The notes below the pieces were generated by a model. It worked only from the letters and a program-made list of their open reading frames with translations. It was not told the origin of the DNA and did not search any database. Shown here piece after piece: positions 1 to 10,963 of a stretch of 20,000 bases of DNA; position 1 is the stretch's first letter; each line of letters starts with the position of its first letter. The stretch is from Catajapyx aquilonaris. Lineage: Eukaryota. The DNA lies in the NCBI GenBank assembly GCA_000934665.2, contig KZ538383.1, forward strand, positions 56,631 through 76,630, given 5' to 3'. Both the position numbers and the translations under genes were made by a program.

Positions 1-419
1 ACCGGACGACGAGTCTCAGGTGTCGTCTTCACCGGCTCGTACTGCTCCAAGTGGACGAATTCTCGGTAGTCCTGCACGTCGTCTAGTCCTACGAACAATT
101 CCCTGGCTCGTGTCTCTCCCTTGTCGTCCGGTCTCCATGTGTCACGCATTTCGCCTAGGACGTAGGCCAACCGTTCCATTTCACCGTTGGCCAACTCGTC
201 GTAGTCACTGTGCATGTTCTTACCGGTTCGGTCGCTCAGGTACACTTGCTCCGCATTTTTGTCGTCTATGAAGAACACCTCGGCGATTAGGATGAGCCCA
301 AAGATGGCAAAGAAAAAGATGACCAGGAAGAACGAGATGCTGGCCCTTTCACGCAACCGGCTTTTCTTGTTCTTGGGCTGGAGAGTCCGTCTCAGTTTCG
401 ATCGCATGTATGATTTCAT
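1..419 (-). CDS. N-terminal coding exon (runs off the window at the left) of a type II single-pass membrane protein, candidate Golgi/secretory-pathway enzyme
   Basis: Manual translation from the ATG at 419 is open to the window edge: MKSYMRSKLRRTLQPKNKKSRLRERASISFFLVIFFFAIFGLILIAEVFFIDDKNAEQVYLSDRTGKNMHSDYDELANGEMERLAYVLGEMRDTWRPDD...EPVKTTPETRRP. It has a basic cytosolic tail, a ~22-aa hydrophobic anchor and an acidic stem. The nearest upstream in-frame stop is TGA at 540-542 with no ATG in between; purine at -3. Confidence 0.8.
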   Translation of the reverse strand, partial: MKSYMRSKLRRTLQPKNKKSRLRERASISFFLVIFFFAIFGLILIAEVFFIDDKNAEQVYLSDRTGKNMHSDYDELANGEMERLAYVLGEMRDTWRPDDKGETRARELFVGLDDVQDYREFVHLEQYEPVKTTPETRRP

Positions 420-962
420 GACTTTGTCGGTGAATGATTGGAAATCAATTATTGTGCCCGGTTCGCAAAACAAGTCAAGCCTTGTAAACAACAGTTCATG
501 GAGATCATAATCTTGGAAGCATACGTTTGGTGCGCCTGTTCATTCCGGCCATTGTTCCACTCACGCACACTGGCAGGCCCGGACAAAATACCCCACAAGT
601 TCGTTACAGTGCCGGTGGGGTGCAAAGTACGAAAGGCGACTGATAAAAGGCATGACCTGGCAGGTGATGCAGGTCTTTTGCCCACGGCATTGTGCGTCAC
701 GAAGCATGGGCAAATCCGGAATGCTGGACACGGCTGGAAACGACATGACTTGGTGTATGTTCGTGGGTTTGGGTACGGAGATGCACTCTGGACACGAATC
801 ACAACTACATGGAAGGCTGATGCTTGCAAAGTATTGACTCACTGTACGACCACCACTATGCTGCTCACCTTTAGTCGCAAGTCAGCCATATTTTTCCAAA
901 CTCCAACAGCTATCAGCAGACATCCAATATCTTCAGTCTTGTACCTAAAATGCGAAATGCAG
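420..962 (-). other. Putative 5' UTR part of the same exon with upstream splice acceptor (exon start at 944)
   Basis: The minus strand reads CTGCATTTCGCATTTTAG|GTAC with the AG at 946-945. Composition switches from GC-balanced (exon side) to AT-rich (intron side) near this point. Confidence 0.5.
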
Positions 963-3900
963 GATTTGACATGTGCTCAATTAAATAAATATGCGACCGG
1001 CAGAATTATAGTTTAGTACCATAAATGACAACAACCACAAGATGTAGATTTCCGGATTGGTATAGACTGGTAGAATTAACATGCAATAGTTATATACTTA
1101 TATTACTCACGTATATTACCTACCTAAAAAATTGATACGAGACTACTGCATGCGTGAAATATGTACATCACCGGAGAGGCCATACCAAATAAAATGTGTG
1201 GAGGATGACCAGGTGTGTGGCAAAAAAAAAAATATTGAACTGACGTGATCGAAACAAAAAAAAAACGATCGAACGTCCTCCAGAATTTAATCTAGACGGA
1301 TGACCTTATTGTCCACATGCCGATAAAAGAAACTATTTTATGAGAAAACTCCAGAGGAGAAAAACTTTTTTCCCCCATTTTAAAACCGGGCTACATGGTT
1401 TACACATCAATACCACACGAACGAACTGCATGCAACGCTCGCGGTTTTGAGGAACTGTGCTCACTGGATATTTATTCTGAGACTGGCAGAATAAAAATGG
1501 GCGGTATCGATTTTTTAGAAATTATGAATTACGTCTCGTTATGAGTTTCATTCCGTCTCTTGTCAAATTTGACCGGAGTTTTGTGTGGCAATTTTCTCTT
1601 TAGTGTCAAGTTTCTCTTTAGCGACTGTGGAGACCTTGCTTCAATACAATACGTGATTGCGACAATTTTTTTAACAGAGAGCCTGCAATTCACCAGGAAT
1701 TGAATTCCGTCACAGATTATGTCAAGTACGATAAGAATCGCCCTCATTGTGTCCGTAATCATTACATTACTGTTCATTGTATAAAAACATCATTACCAGC
1801 GAGTTTAAGGCCATGTTGCGGTGCTGGTTGGTCCAAGGTAGCGGAAAACTCCGCATCTGGTAATGTCACGAATGTGTGTATGAATATCCTGTACTTGTAG
1901 TTTCTGTACCTACCCTGAAAGCTGTATACAGCAGCTTTTGTAATGTACTATATGCACAGAAGCCTGGAAGTTCAATTAATTTTCCAAGCCTGCTCATGTC
2001 AGTTCAGTTTGATAATATACTCGACAACGAGACGCATGTTTCACAACTGCGATATTTATCAGCTGTATTATACTGTTCCATGCAGCTTGGCCGCTTCCTT
2101 TAAAGGTTCCCTTGCCCCATTTCTAATTCTGAAGTAGGCCTAATATCGGCCAAGGTCCAGCTGATACAGTATTCCGTGATCGGAAAGTATTGGAAAATGC
2201 TCTTTTAAAATCCACTTCGTGCAGCCTATCAAGAACGACCGCACACAGCACGAGCCAAGAAAAATATTATTCTTTGGCCATAAATCTCAGCAACATTTAA
2301 TTGGACTGCTATGCAAAATTCCGCCTACACTTCGACCGCCATGAATATAACATAGCATGCTGCAGAGTGAAACAAAAGTCAGCCCAGATTCATATTGATT
2401 GTGTTTGCAACATGTGATGTGGAAAGATAGCAATTTAGTCCATCGAACTTGATAGTCAAAAAAAAGCGCAGCAACTTATCTTATTGCCACGTTTGTGACA
2501 CACGACTTCCCATTTGATTTCTTCCCGAGAAGGTGCGCCTTCCATGACTAAACTACCAACTAGGGAAAGATGGTGCCATGGCAGCTTATCAAGAAACACA
2601 ATAGTTCAAGGCTTTTTCTGGCCACCGTGTGCGTGTCGGCAGGAAATTCTCATTAGTCCTCCTCATGCAACCGCAAAAATGAACCCACTCCCTGGCTGCA
2701 GAACCCAGTCAGAATCGGAAGGGGGGGAAAAAACGCGTAAACAAGTGTGCGTTCAATAAAAGAGTAAAACCGGATTTTGTGGGGGCGTGTGGTACAGTAT
2801 TTCAGGGACCGGGAGCGATGGAGTTTGTGGGTACCAGAGACGGTTTCTATTCATTAGTAACTAGTTATGCAGGTACTTCGTGCAAAATGTATAGTAATGG
2901 TTTAGTTACTGGACAAAAATGGCCAATTAGTAAAGTGTAGGTGGCCTAAATTAGGGAAGTTCCTTGCTCCAGGCAATTAAGTAACTTGGTAATTATATGC
3001 AGGTGGAACATAACGAGATGTTTATATTGTGCTAGGCACTTCGACTCCCTAAGAGAAGTGGATAGAGGGATGCGAAAAGTACAATTTCAAATAATAATAT
3101 TTAATTTTTAAAGGGGGTATAGTTGTATACGGCACTAGAAAAGTGAAACATTTATTGGAATAATATACAACAGTCAATATGACCAAAGTAATGAGTCGGA
3201 ATGACCACAAATTATCATATAAGAAATATCACCTTGAACGAGATTTCCACCAATGTCGTGTATAGTATTTTAAAACCTAGGCACACTTTCTAACGACCTG
3301 TATTTATAATTAATGGTTGATTGAAAGTCTACCTCATTATGCACAGTGCATGTTATTCATATTGCTTTTAACTGCAGTACCACCTCGTTACTCGATTGAG
3401 TCGACCAACAACTTGCCCGTAATGTTGATGCAGCTGTCAGTTTCGCTCCTATTTGCACGATTCAGCAGCCTCGACAAAATTTTGCAATCTGCATGCGTGA
3501 TTTGAACTATGACGTTGATATCTGCAGGTGGCCAACCTTTTTATTTTGCATATTGTCTACACTATTTTTGTCGACGGCTATTACACGAGTCGTTGTCATC
3601 AACTTCTCACCAAAATTTGCGCTCAAAGTGCCTCGCTAATGTTGTCACATCATGCGACATATCACGTCATATTTCTAGTTTTGTTTGACATTTCAGTTTA
3701 GTTTGGAGAAGTGCAATGCCATCAAATTCGCGCAAAATATATCATATGTTTGTTCGCTTCTTTTTTCCGCGTCATTGCACCATTGCTTGCATAAATTGAT
3801 GATTTAGTGCTGCAGTACCATATACAAGTGCCTTTCAGGCTGCTGATTACCTTTTAATTTTTTTGTCTTATAGAGTAGGCCTACGATCAAAATATATTCT

Positions 3901-4320
3901 ATAGTATACGCCATTGAAATTACATAGTTTGAATTATTTAAAAAAAGGCTCGACTGAATATGAACCTACACCTACCACATACACTGCATTTCCGTAGTAC
4001 GTGCATCAGAAAGTAAACAACATAGTAATTTGCACTATACTGTGCCATTGAGGAGACACTGTGAATGAAACTTGATTGCGTGCTTACGGAATTATGTATG
4101 CGGCCGATATGTACGTAACCGCAACTGCGAAAGGTGGATAATAAATAACATCCCCCTATCTATGTATGCAATATTCAACGGTCAATTGCCGGCGCAGACG
4201 TTGCCACTAGATTTGATCACTAGTTTAACTACCATTTCGAAGGTGAATACCCGTTTCAGAATGCATTACAAAAACTGCCTTGATTTGATTAGCTGTGGGG
4301 CATGATGAAGTTATTCACAT

Positions 4321-4330
4321 GACTTACCTT
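4321..4330 (-). other. Candidate splice donor of an upstream non-coding exon
   Basis: The minus strand reads AAG|GTAAGTC, a consensus donor in the same orientation as the gene at the left edge. Motif only. Confidence 0.25.
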
Positions 4331-5525
4331 TACAAAAAGCAATTATTAGGATTATGCGTAACATTATTTCATCGGCGTATAATGTCCATTCTTTATTTCT
4401 AAATTGAGTCTCGAATATTTACATCTGCAAACTGACAGTAACATGATGTCTGTGGCAACAAAAACATATTGATATATCCGGAAGAATAGGCTATTGACAG
4501 TTCGTTAACTTATACCCTACCACATGCGGAAGAGTTGATTACACTGCACTCATCCGCTGAAAACTCGTTGACTACTAAAATCACTGACTCTATACGGACT
4601 CCCGTGACAAAGAAACAATATTTAAGCCATACTGAAATGTTCTTATACAAATCAACCATGAATTTTCTACACCCAATTTAACAATATCCATCTAGTAGTC
4701 TACAGCAAATATCACTACCAACCTATTTACACCATGTGAATCTTGTTCCTGTTTCCATCTACCACTACATCCAGCGCATGTCTGACATAGCTAAATTCCC
4801 CAGTGAACATGGCCCACCACAACAGACCACGCGTATTTGCGTGTAATACACGCGTGTAACCCCACAGTACTAGAAGGGTTGACCTACCGAGGCAATCGTT
4901 GCGGAAGAAGAAAGTAGATAAGTTTGGCTACAATTCTGGCAGCATCCGGAAGAATCCAGAAGTGGCTCGAGCTAGGCCTAGGACGTGTGGAAGGTCGGGA
5001 AGTGAGCAGGCCCAGCTTGAGGATCGGGCCTGTTTTGCTCGTCTGCGGCCGACTGAGAGAGAGAAATGGGGGGTGAGAGAGTAGGCTGNNNNNNNNNNNN
5101 GCCGGTAGACTCTGATATCGGCAATCGATTGCAATGCTGGGGCGGAGGAGGAAGGGATGAAGGAGATGGGACAATGGCTCCATGCGCAAGCGCCTCTCTC
5201 CCTGTACGATCGCATGCTGGCCCCATAAGCTCGCACACGACACATCAAACTTTGCTACCGTGCCCCTTCTGCACAGCCTCGCCCATTTTCTTGTGTATTG
5301 GGCAGGGAGAAAAAACGACTACGCAGTGCCTATGCAGGGCTCGGCTTCAATTTAAAACGGGGAGGTGTATCCTGGTCTAACAGTGGCGTCGATCCTATAC
5401 ACGCACCAAATTGGATGGCGAGCCCACCCTGGTTCTTCTTTAAATCATCTTAGGTCTCCATAAGAGGGAGAAAGAGAAAGAGAGGATTTTATATTATTAG
5501 TCGTCATGATTTTATATGGTGTGAG

Positions 5526-5610
5526 CCAATGAGCCAATGAGATTGGAAAGGATCCAATCCAACTTTTTCCAAGTTGGAGATATTGGTTCGTAAGCTCTGC
5601 TTAGGATTGG
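5526..5610. promoter_or_regulatory. Cluster of CCAAT boxes next to a GC/CpG-rich stretch (about 4830-5430); possible promoter of the minus-strand gene
   Basis: CCAAT/ATTGG at 5526, 5534, 5542, 5554, 5582 and 5606, including tandem GAGCCAATGAGCCAATGA. Confidence 0.3.
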
Positions 5611-5962
5611 AGCTTGAGCGAATAATATGATTATGGATCTTAATTTTCGTTACATCCCATGTTAACATCTTCTTCAAGAGACTCGTTTCAGAAAAGAGCT
5701 CATACAATAAGGCAACGTACTGTACATCTAAATATTATGATGACTTTCAACATGTGCTGAAAGAAGCACCGATGACTGGTGTTTAGGTCTGAAGATAATA
5801 TGAAGAATATTGCGTGGAAATGTTGGAAATAAATTACTTCCATCATTTTGTAATAAATTTAATGTTTTCCTATTCTGAAAAGTTGATCAGAGTTGAATAG
5901 AGTCCTTTTCAATTTCACCGACTCATGAACCGGTAGTCTACTGTCTTAGGGGGTCTACGCAC

Positions 5963-6104
5963 GGGATGTTGTACTAGCATTAGTTTCAGTCTCAAAGATC
6001 CGCCAATCGGCGTAAGCTGCTTCGCCCTTCGACATGGAGCAGCCAGCGCCGATTGGGGGAGCCTTAAGACTGCTAAGACTAAAACTACAGTGCTGAAACC
6101 GCCC
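5963..6104. mobile_element. Short degenerate foldback/MITE
   Basis: Nested inverted matches: TAGTTTCAGTCT (5981)/AGACTAAAACTA (6076), CCAATCGGCG (6003)/CGCCGATTGG (6047), GCTGCTTC/GGAGCAGC; GGG...CCC termini. Confidence 0.5.
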
Positions 6105-6599
6105 ATATGTAGACTCCTTTTACTGCACATGAAACACGAATAATGATCGCAATAATGATTACTGCGAACAAGGCAATCTCGCAAAATCCCATCAGTAATC
6201 TGTATCACTCTCATATCCCTTTCCCTTGGCATATACTGCGGGTACCAAGGCGGTATGGTAGTGAGTGCTTATCGCCAAAGCCTTCCTCCTATGAGGCCCT
6301 GCATTCGATCCCGGGGCGGAAAGAGGATCTTCTCACGTGGAAAGAGTTTAGATGGGCTCTCTCCGTGTTATCGTGGGATTTCTCGGGGTTATTCAGTTTG
6401 ATCCCAAAATCAAAATCTATCAGCAGTGTCACGACGTGTGTCTATGACTATAGGGAAAGGCAATTTCAGTGTGCAACCCGAATAGGCTACCTCTTTAGGC
6501 CAAGTGCTCGACTCAGGATCGAAAACAGTGGGTTTTTTCGTCTGGAATCGTCCAATGTTAAGATAAGTGAAAAGTCCGGAATGGATGGTGGGTATCCTC

Positions 6600-6842
6600 T
6601 AATGTACGGAAAACGAGAGAACGATCTGACGTCATCAAGGTTTCCATGGAAATGCCCTCACAGAACAATATGAGTAAACAGTGTCAACAAAAAGCAACAA
6701 TGTAAGAAACGATGACGTCAGATCGTTAAAATTCTCTCGTTTTCCGTACATTAGGCCTACTCACATTGTTCTGTGAGAGTCTTTCCATGGAAACCTTGAT
6801 GACATATTGACATCAGATCGTTCTCTCATTTTCCGTACATTA
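6600..6842. mobile_element. Foldback MITE-like element with an extra internal copy of the right end
   Basis: The left arm 6600-6676 is inverted at 6758-6842 with small indels. A second partial inverted copy of the terminus lies at 6711-6753. Confidence 0.7.
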
Positions 6843-7092
6843 CAAGAGAATATTTAGAAGGTCAGGGGTGGTGGAGGGCAGGGGAGGCGGGGAGGGGCAT
6901 TATTGGAAGATACAGGATGGCAACGTGATGCAGTATTTTTCGTTGGATTTCCTATTGCCTTGTTAAAAGTGTAAATAATTCAATTACATTTATGGTTCAG
7001 AATGAAGCTTCCGCCAACTTGGAAAGTCAGTGTACAACTGTACATTATTGGTGCCGGTATATAGGGCTATCACTTTATTCCATTACAGTAAG

Positions 7093-7093
7093 T

Positions 7094-7144
<51 letters not shown>

Positions 7145-7146
7145 TT
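7093..7146 (+). repeat. (TTTA)n microsatellite
   Basis: About 13 tandem TTTA units. Confidence 0.95.
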
Positions 7147-7681
7147 TTATTTTGTTTACCCCGTGATAGAGCAGTGCTCTGTTGGGGGGGGGGGNGGATT
7201 ACAGTAAGTAGAAACTACTAGCACTTATATAGTCACGGGTCTCCATTATGCATAATTACCATGCATTTAAATGTGTAAAATTATTTGCTCACATACTATA
7301 TGTACAAGCACATGCATAGCATTGTTTACGTGCATGTATTATTTTAGGTTAACCTGGTTAACCTGTATTCCCTACTTCCTTTGAATGATTTTACCGGGTT
7401 TTTCACTCAGCTGAATACATTCATTTGTGCACTTTCTGCATAAATAAGCCACATTGCCCACATACTATAGACTACACCTATACCGACTATATCTGAAATT
7501 CAATGCACATTAAAACTTATTTCATGCATCCTGGGCTGCAAACAATATGGTATAGACTCGTCGTTAATCTGACAAAAGGCAGAATAAATTCGTCATTTTT
7601 ACTCAAGTGGGATTACAGCCTCTGCCAGCACCATCAAGACAAGTGTTGCGTCGCATTCTGACAAAAAGGCGAACTCATGGG

Positions 7682-8167
7682 CAGTGCCGGATCTACGAAA
7701 TATCGGGGGGGGGGGGGGGGGGGGNTTTGCTGCTACCCCCACCCCCGCATTTTGAAAGGTTCACTTCATTTTTTTGGTATGACTCGTGTCCACTTGCACA
7801 GTACGGTATGTCGCCAAAATAATATTTTTCTAGATTTTCATTAGGGAAACTTATGTGGTATTACTTCTGAATGATTTTGGTCATTTCAGGAGCACAAAAA
7901 ATGCCTATGAAGGAATAAGTCCAGAATAGGCCCAAAAAAATCCAGAAATTCCTTCAAAAAAGTTCAAAAACTATACCAAAAAAGGCAAATAGGCCAGTTG
8001 CCTGTTGGGTCAAATTTCTTTCAAAGTTTTGCTTTCAGGGGGTAAGCAAAATTTGGTTAATTAATTTATGTGACAAGTATATTTCTAGGGACCAGACATG
8101 CCGCCCCCACATTGTTGCTGCCCGGGACATGTGCCCCTGATCCCCCCCCCCCCCCCCCCCCCNTCTA
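7682..8167. mobile_element. Degenerate non-autonomous element with poly-G / poly-C ends
   Basis: Starts CAGTGCCGGATCTAC followed by a G-run and ends in GTGCCCCTGAT plus a C-run, with an AT-rich interior. The right end is interrupted by the hAT MITE. Boundaries approximate. Confidence 0.4.
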
Positions 8168-8175
8168 GTCCTGGG

Positions 8176-8867
8176 CAAAGGTGGGCATTAGCTCCTCTAA
8201 TCAGCTAACAGCTAATAGCTGAACTAACTTTTCGCTAGCTGATTAGGTGTTTTCTCTAACTTTTCAGGCCGCTAGCTGACTAATTAGTCCCACTAAATTA
8301 GTGCCGCACTGCAGCTAAATACGTCGTAAATTCAGCTAACAAAATTCATTTGTGTTCCTGTCTCGCTGTCTGTTACTTTTTATAGTTGCATTGTTTCCAC
8401 TCCAGGCAGGGATTAAAATAGACAAGTTTTACAGGGCTAGGTGCCGGATTGTAAATTCTTTGTCTACCTGGCCAAAACTTTTTTCCGATCACTTCGGTGC
8501 GCGGATTATATTATAGCTACCAGTTTTTTAATATAAATTTTGCCTTGCCTGTCTTTGTAGCTTTCTTCTGAGACATGTAAACTTTTTTCCTCTTTGGATT
8601 AATTTGTTTATTACTTTTTGTATGGAACAGTAGCCTAAATAACTAAATAAGGCGTATGTGTAGCAATGCTCTCAGGGCTTTATCAGCTTAGGTATGTTTT
8701 TTAAGGGTCATGGAGCAAAAAAAAGGAAGTTCACTGTTAGCTGTTAGCATTAGCTTTATCTAATTTTCTAGCCATTTAGCATTAGCTATTTAGCAAATCC
8801 AATTTTTTGTAGTTAGCTGATCAGCTGTTAGAGAAGCTGATTTTTCGGTTAGCTGTGCCCACCTTTG
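8176..8867. mobile_element. Non-autonomous hAT-type DNA transposon (692 bp)
   Basis: Perfect 12-bp TIRs CAAAGGTGGGCA/TGCCCACCTTTG. Perfect 8-bp TSD GTCCTGGG at 8168-8175 and 8868-8875. Dense subterminal AGCTA/TAGCT repeats at both ends. Confidence 0.93.
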
Positions 8868-9116
8868 GTCCTGGGTCATAGGACAAGTTAGTGACGTCAG
8901 AGTTGGAGTGGGAAATCAAACTGCCATCCACCTTTTTTGTATAGTGGTTTGCAGGTTTATTTTGGCTGTGGGCTATCCTGTAAATTGTGAAAATGTCGAA
9001 TTCGCCCTTTTGTCCGATGAATGACTAACTATCCTGGCAAGTATGCATCCCTCAGCATTTCATGTTTTAATTTAAGCTACGGTCTCATTTGGTGTCGCAG
9101 GTTTTGTGCGAGCCAA

Positions 9117-9180
9117 AAGCGGACAAAGTGCAACCCTCTCCCCCCCTTCACTTGTCCGCGCGGATTATGGACGGCCCCTA
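9117..9180. mobile_element. Terminal fragment of a GGGGCCGTCCATA-type MITE
   Basis: Ends ...ATTATGGACGGCCCCTA, with an internal hairpin GCGGACAA...TTGTCCGC. The other end was not found. Confidence 0.45.
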
Positions 9181-9246
9181 CTCGAGAAAGTAACTCTTAG
9201 CAAGTAGCTGCTTAAAAAGTAGCAGCTTACGCGATTTTTCCAATAA

Positions 9247-9278
9247 CTGTTGCGGCGATAAAGTTGGATCACCCTGTA
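9247..9278 (-). mobile_element. Solo Tc1/mariner-type terminus (TA-CAGGGTG)
   Basis: The minus strand reads TATACAGGGTGATCCAAC, the same terminal motif as the MITE at 16426. No partner end seen. Confidence 0.35.
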
Positions 9279-9348
9279 TATACGTGTACGTATCTTCCAT
9301 TGTCTATGTTCTATCATCTATATGTTGTGGATGCAGCAAACCCTATAG

Positions 9349-9881
9349 CAGGGATATGCAACTGGCGGACCGCGGTCCGGATCCGGACCGCGACGCAATT
9401 TTGTCCGGACCGCGACAATATACAGGACAGTTTGAAATAGCATGATAAATTACTAATTCATGATTTTTTTAAGGAAAATGTGCTACCAATTTCATCATAT
9501 ACACACCTATTCAAATCTTCCACATCTCACCTAAGCTCGTGTGACCTTGAACCCCCCCAAAAATTTCGCCTGCGGCGGGCTCGTTCCCTGCCCTTTACAG
9601 CGTGTTCACCTTGTGCTTACGAAATGGCCTCCCCTCCGAAATTCTTCTGCCTACGCCCCTGTACAGGACATCATGAAAGGGCGAAAATGTATCTTAATAT
9701 GCCCTGTCTTGATAGGTCCTTCTACCCTTGCTGCACATGTTTATATTTTCAAATATGAACCCTGTGGTACCATATATAAAATCTATATATCCCCCCCCCC
9801 GGGGGGGAGGGGGGTCCGGACCTTCAATGACCCAGGAAAGGTAAAAACTGGACCTTGTCAGAAACTAGTTGAACACCCCTG
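9349..9881. mobile_element. Non-autonomous hAT (Charlie-like) element, 533 bp, with a nested fragment at about 9548-9661
   Basis: TIRs CAGGGATATGCAACT / AGTTGAACACCCCTG match 12/15. 8-bp TSD CCCTATAG (9341-9348) vs CCCTATAT (9882-9889). Subterminal CGGACC/GGTCCG repeats. Confidence 0.85.
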
Positions 9882-10201
9882 CCCTATATAGGTTTGCTGC
9901 ATCCACAACATGGAAGGTGGTATATTTCACTTTTTGTTTGCAGGAATCGGATTCCTGCAATCTCATGAACTCAGGCAAAAGTGGCGAAATAGCATTCACA
10001 ATATTATGGAGCTCTTACAGGTAGCTGACTCTTGGTGCATGGAAGACCCCCGATAACTTGGAGTGCAAGGTTACCCTCCTAGACAATACCATTGTCTATG
10101 GTTACGCTATAATAACAATGAGATCTCTGTATGGGCTTTTACCATTGTCTAGGATTATACTATAATCACAATGAGATATCCGCAAGGGATTTGAACTCGT
10201 T

Positions 10202-10861
10202 GTGCAACATTTTGTACCGTAAACCCAAGAAAAATAATAGTTTTGCATTCCAATAAAGCAGTTGCACTCCAAATTAATACTGGAGTGCATCTTCGTCATA
10301 TTTACGTCTTGATGGGTCATCATAAAGTGATCGTTTTGCAACATATAAATTGGGACGCAAGGTCTTGCAACGCAATTTTTTGCAAGCTCTAACATAAATA
10401 ATATATTATTTCCAAGATAATGCTGAATTTGAAAGTTAAAAAAGTGCCGATATGACTGGCCTATTGTAATAAAAAAAACTTAATTGCCCTCACCTCCCTT
10501 GTGCTCTAAAAAGAGTATTGGAACTTCTTATTTTTTGCATTTTTTGGTCCAGCAACAACACATTCCACCTCTCTTTTGGAAGTACAAAACTCTCAGGGGT
10601 GTAGTGTACGTACGCAGCTGAAGTCATTGTTGCTGGCCCAAAGAAGCTAACATAATGGGATGTAAAACTCTTTTTTTACTTCCAAAAGGTGCAAATTGAG
10701 TTTACGGCATACCATCAGTAAAATAGGCACTTTTGAATCCATTATATACTCCAGTATGAACTTAAAATGCACATATTTTCTTTACTGTAGATTGCTAAAA
10801 TTGGGATGCAAAACTATTTCTATGAGCAACACATCAAAAAATGGGTGCAAAACTACTGCAT
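10202..10861. mobile_element. Old degenerate foldback element
   Basis: Colinear inverted matches: 10237-10254 vs 10800-10817 (17/18), 10277-10286 vs 10748-10757, 10440-10448 vs 10726-10734, 10549-10558 vs 10627-10636. The left arm has about 140 extra bp. Confidence 0.55.
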
Positions 10862-10963
10862 AATTATAGCGATATAGGTTTCGTTGTTATTGCTGCATAA
10901 TCTTTCACCCGAAGTTAACGGGCCTAAAACCCACACATTAGGCTTTCACAACCTACTTCATGT

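Noticed and set aside
260..350. Assignment of the membrane protein to FAM20B from a VFFIDD / VFLIDN resemblance
   Set aside because: Only a few residues at the end of a transmembrane helix match, and no catalytic domain is in the window.
20..1016. Plus-strand ORFs 20-271, 214-510 and 438-1016
   Set aside because: They are antisense shadows of the minus-strand exon with no protein-like features.
5089..5100. N run, and single Ns in G/C homopolymers (7195, 7725, 8163, 12074)
   Set aside because: Assembly or base-calling gaps, not biology; ORFs crossing them are unreliable.
6143..6673. 176-aa ORF
   Set aside because: No recognisable domain, and its end runs into a MITE arm.
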